Virus record (IMG/VR): IMGVR_UViG_3300049783_001607
Length of the DNA: 64,000 nt
Reading direction: 5' to 3' (one strand)
Source of the DNA: a virus
Made by a program: the position numbers and the translations under genes. Shown here one piece after another: positions 61,400-64,000 of the stretch (its first letter is position 1; each line of letters opens with the position of its first letter). The notes under the pieces were generated by a model. That model did no database searches and was not told where the DNA came from. It saw nothing but the letters and a program-made list of their open reading frames with translations.

Positions 61400-62059
61400 T
61401 TAATCAACTTTTTTTACATATAATTCAAGAAACTCTTTATCTATATAAAATAAAATGTTGTAATCTTCAAATTGTATTTTAACATTTGCTTCATGATGTT
61501 CTGAACATTCTTCACATAAATAAGGGGTTTTACAATCTAGCTCGACAACTAAAGCAGGTATATTCAGTAATTCTGGAGTCATACTTTTTAATTGTACTCC
61601 ATCTGAACTTACTAACATATAAGTAAATATTTCATGTGAAATCATAACTAGATCTCCTATAACTAAATCTAAATCATCATTTAATGAGGGAGATTTAGTT
61701 ACATCAAATCCAAAAATATCTTCCATATTATTTATAGCTAAAGATCTATTGCCTATATCTATATCTAAAGATTCAAAATAAGCTTTGAAGTTGGCTGCTG
61801 TATCTAGTGTTTTTAAAGGTAATAGATTGTCAGTACATTCATCCATTGCCAAAGTTAAAACTAATAAAGGTATACAATTAAGGTATAATATTCTTTCTTC
61901 TTTACTTATTCTATTAAAGATGTCATATTTAGCTATTTTTGTTAGGAAAGCAGTGCTGTCTTCTACAGAAGTTAAACCAGCTCTAAACAACATAGCAGTT
62001 TTTATAGTTATTATTAAAAGTTTTTTACGCTCTTCATTTAATTTTTTTTCTTCGTCCAT
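61400..62059 (-). CDS. Hypothetical protein (CxxC near the C-terminus)
   Basis: 219-aa ORF with LCEECSEHH. Confidence 0.55.
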   Translation of the reverse strand: MDEEKKLNEERKKLLIITIKTAMLFRAGLTSVEDSTAFLTKIAKYDIFNRISKEERILYLNCIPLLVLTLAMDECTDNLLPLKTLDTAANFKAYFESLDIDIGNRSLAINNMEDIFGFDVTKSPSLNDDLDLVIGDLVMISHEIFTYMLVSSDGVQLKSMTPELLNIPALVVELDCKTPYLCEECSEHHEANVKIQFEDYNILFYIDKEFLELYVKKVD

Positions 62060-62572
62060 AATAATTTATTTAATTAGTTTTGCTTGGTAATATATACATA
62101 CAAAACAATAATACTATTAAAGGCGATGCTAAAATACTTACTATCATAGCTAATATTGCTGAGATAGTGTTATAGCCTTTGTCTTTTACTGCGGCGTATA
62201 CTAGTATAAATAAATATAATAATACTCCTAATACTACAAGTTCTATCATAGTTATTTTATTTTTTGTATTTGAGTTATTAAAAAATAGATAAAAAGAGAT
62301 GTTATTAATAAATAAAAATAATATTTCATAAGCATTTTAACATCGTTTATATTATCTCTAAGAGGTTTTAAAGTTACAACATTTAAAATAAATAGCAATA
62401 TACCTAAACCAATAGGAGTTGTTAATAATATAAGAAATTCAGTTACAGGCATAAGTATATATTTTAGTTGTGTTATTCATTTATTTTTTGTTTCTTTACG
62501 TATGTTTATTTAATTACTTTAACGTAAAGTGGTCTTTGCTTTAAATTTTTAATGATTTTATTTGGTTAATTT

Positions 62573-62604
62573 ACCTCTCTAACATTAAGCTAGAGAGGTT
62601 TTTT
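62573..62604 (+). terminator. Hairpin with its U-tract on the + (antisense) strand
   Basis: ACCTCTCTA-loop-TAGAGAGGT followed by TTTTT. Confidence 0.6.
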
Positions 62605-63209
62605 ATTTAAAACGGCCTTGGCTTAAATAAAATTTTTTTTACTTCTACTTTTCCACCCATGGTTACAATACTAGTATACTTTTTACATGCTTTAGCTTCA
62701 ATAGCTTTAACATCTTCTATGTCAACTACATCTATAGATATTTTTCGTTCTACTGACTCAGTGCTTAAAGAAATTAAAGCAATTACACTAATTCGAATTG
62801 TTTTTTTTAACGCTTGTTTCATTTTTAGAATTGTTTATTAGTAATTTATTAGTAAATTCGTTTGTAGTTAAAAAGTAGGGTAGTGTAGTTACTCTTTCAT
62901 TTTTTCCTTTAATGTCAGTTATTTTAAATACTCCAGGTATTTTTAATCCGTTTATAGCGGCAAAATTAACAGATACAAAATAAGTACTAATTAATTTTTT
63001 AAATTGATATACTTTTATTTCAGCTAAAGCCCTAAATTTATTATATTTAATATCGATTGTGTATTTACTCAGGTCTTTAATATCAATATTTTTAACTTCA
63101 TGGAAAGGGGGAACTGTTTGAGCTCCTAAATTATTATTTACCATTAAAAAAATTGTTGTAGCTACTGTAAGTTTTATTTCATTTTCCATAACGTTTATTT
63201 TTAATAGTT

Positions 63210-63515
63210 TTATATATAAAGATCAATTATATTCTTTATTTCAATTATTTTATTTTCTTCTTTGTAAGTCCTGTATTTAAGCTTGTTTTTTTGATATATA
63301 AACATAGCTGGAGTGGAAGTTATTTTTAATGCTTTACGTAAAACATTGTTATTATCGACATTTATTTTAGTTAGGATAATATTCGAAGTATAGTTGTCCA
63401 CCAATTTTTCTAACTGGGGTTGAACTTTATCTTCTTGATTTAATTTTCTAGAGTAAAAACAAATTACATTTAATGTATCTGATTTTATTATGTCTCCAAA
63501 AGGTTTTTGTGTCAT
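63210..63515 (-). CDS. Thioredoxin-fold protein lacking CxxC
   Basis: VICFYS...PQLEKL...KINVDNN...ITSTPAMFIY; WCxxC replaced by KLNQE, cis-Pro (STP) retained. Confidence 0.7.
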   Translation of the reverse strand: MTQKPFGDIIKSDTLNVICFYSRKLNQEDKVQPQLEKLVDNYTSNIILTKINVDNNNVLRKALKITSTPAMFIYQKNKLKYRTYKEENKIIEIKNIIDLYI

Positions 63516-64000
63516 TTATATTTGTTTTATTAGGTACATTTTATTTCTTTGGCATCTTTTCATTAAAAGACGGTATCATTACAGGTATAAAGAAAAAACA
63601 CTAATATTAGTACAATGTTATATCTACAGTTTATTGCGGAAACTTTTGAAAGATATTATAGTGTTAAAGAAATTTGCTGCATCATACGCCGCAACTTATA
63701 TTAAATTGGTATATTTCATAGATTTTTAATAGTGTCTTACCTCTTATTGATTCCATCTACTAGTTTCAGCTCTCCAATTAATTCAGATTAACCGTATAGG
63801 CGTTTTCTTACTTTGCTTACTTACTAGTCTCTTCAGATTCAAAGACACTTTTAAATTCGATATGATTTTATTATTAATGCTCATATCTATTTTTACATTA
63901 GTCTTATTAAACTCTTAGACATTGAGTAATATTAACAGTATTGTCCTGGTTTAGTTTGAGAACTAATCTAGGTTTTACATTTTTTGGGAATGATTGTTTT

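Noticed and set aside
1255-63729. Many 60-120-aa ORFs antisense to long genes in the ORF track
   Set aside because: They lie opposite well-supported genes, have no recognisable motifs, and look like shadow frames.
1-64000. Stop-codon reassignment (TAG or TGA), as in some crAss-like phages
   Set aside because: RNAP, PolA and other long genes are intact in the standard code, coding density is high, and no suppressor tRNA was seen.

Overview
AT-rich 64-kb fragment of a crAss-like phage (Crassvirales or a close relative), probably infecting Bacteroidota/Flavobacteriia; standard genetic code. The + strand (1-12984) carries two giant virion proteins: a 5'-truncated virion RNA polymerase (RIPGQ and DLDID motifs) and a 2154-aa protein with HExxH zincin and PD-(D/E)xK nuclease motifs. 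These converge at a bidirectional terminator (~13.0 kb) with a long minus-strand block. That block holds replication and recombination genes (primase, two tandem SSB-like paralogs, RecT-like annealase, DnaB-like helicase, PolA, Dda-like helicase, 5'-3' exonuclease, RusA-like resolvase, ligase), a sigma70 factor, rIIA/rIIB, dNMP kinase, thyA, two AAA/VWA pairs and many small ORFs. The most unusual signals are: (1) a ~9-kb small-gene array (36-45 kb) with about ten attC-like asymmetric AAC...GTT hairpin sites or half-sites, several translated inside ORFs, suggesting a cassette/protein-module shuffling system with no integrase in the window; (2) a fully paired 96-nt four-way-junction cloverleaf at 59431-59526; (3) a duplicated thumb motif in PolA plus a thioredoxin-like protein lacking CxxC. 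All assignments come from motif recognition by eye; no searches were run.
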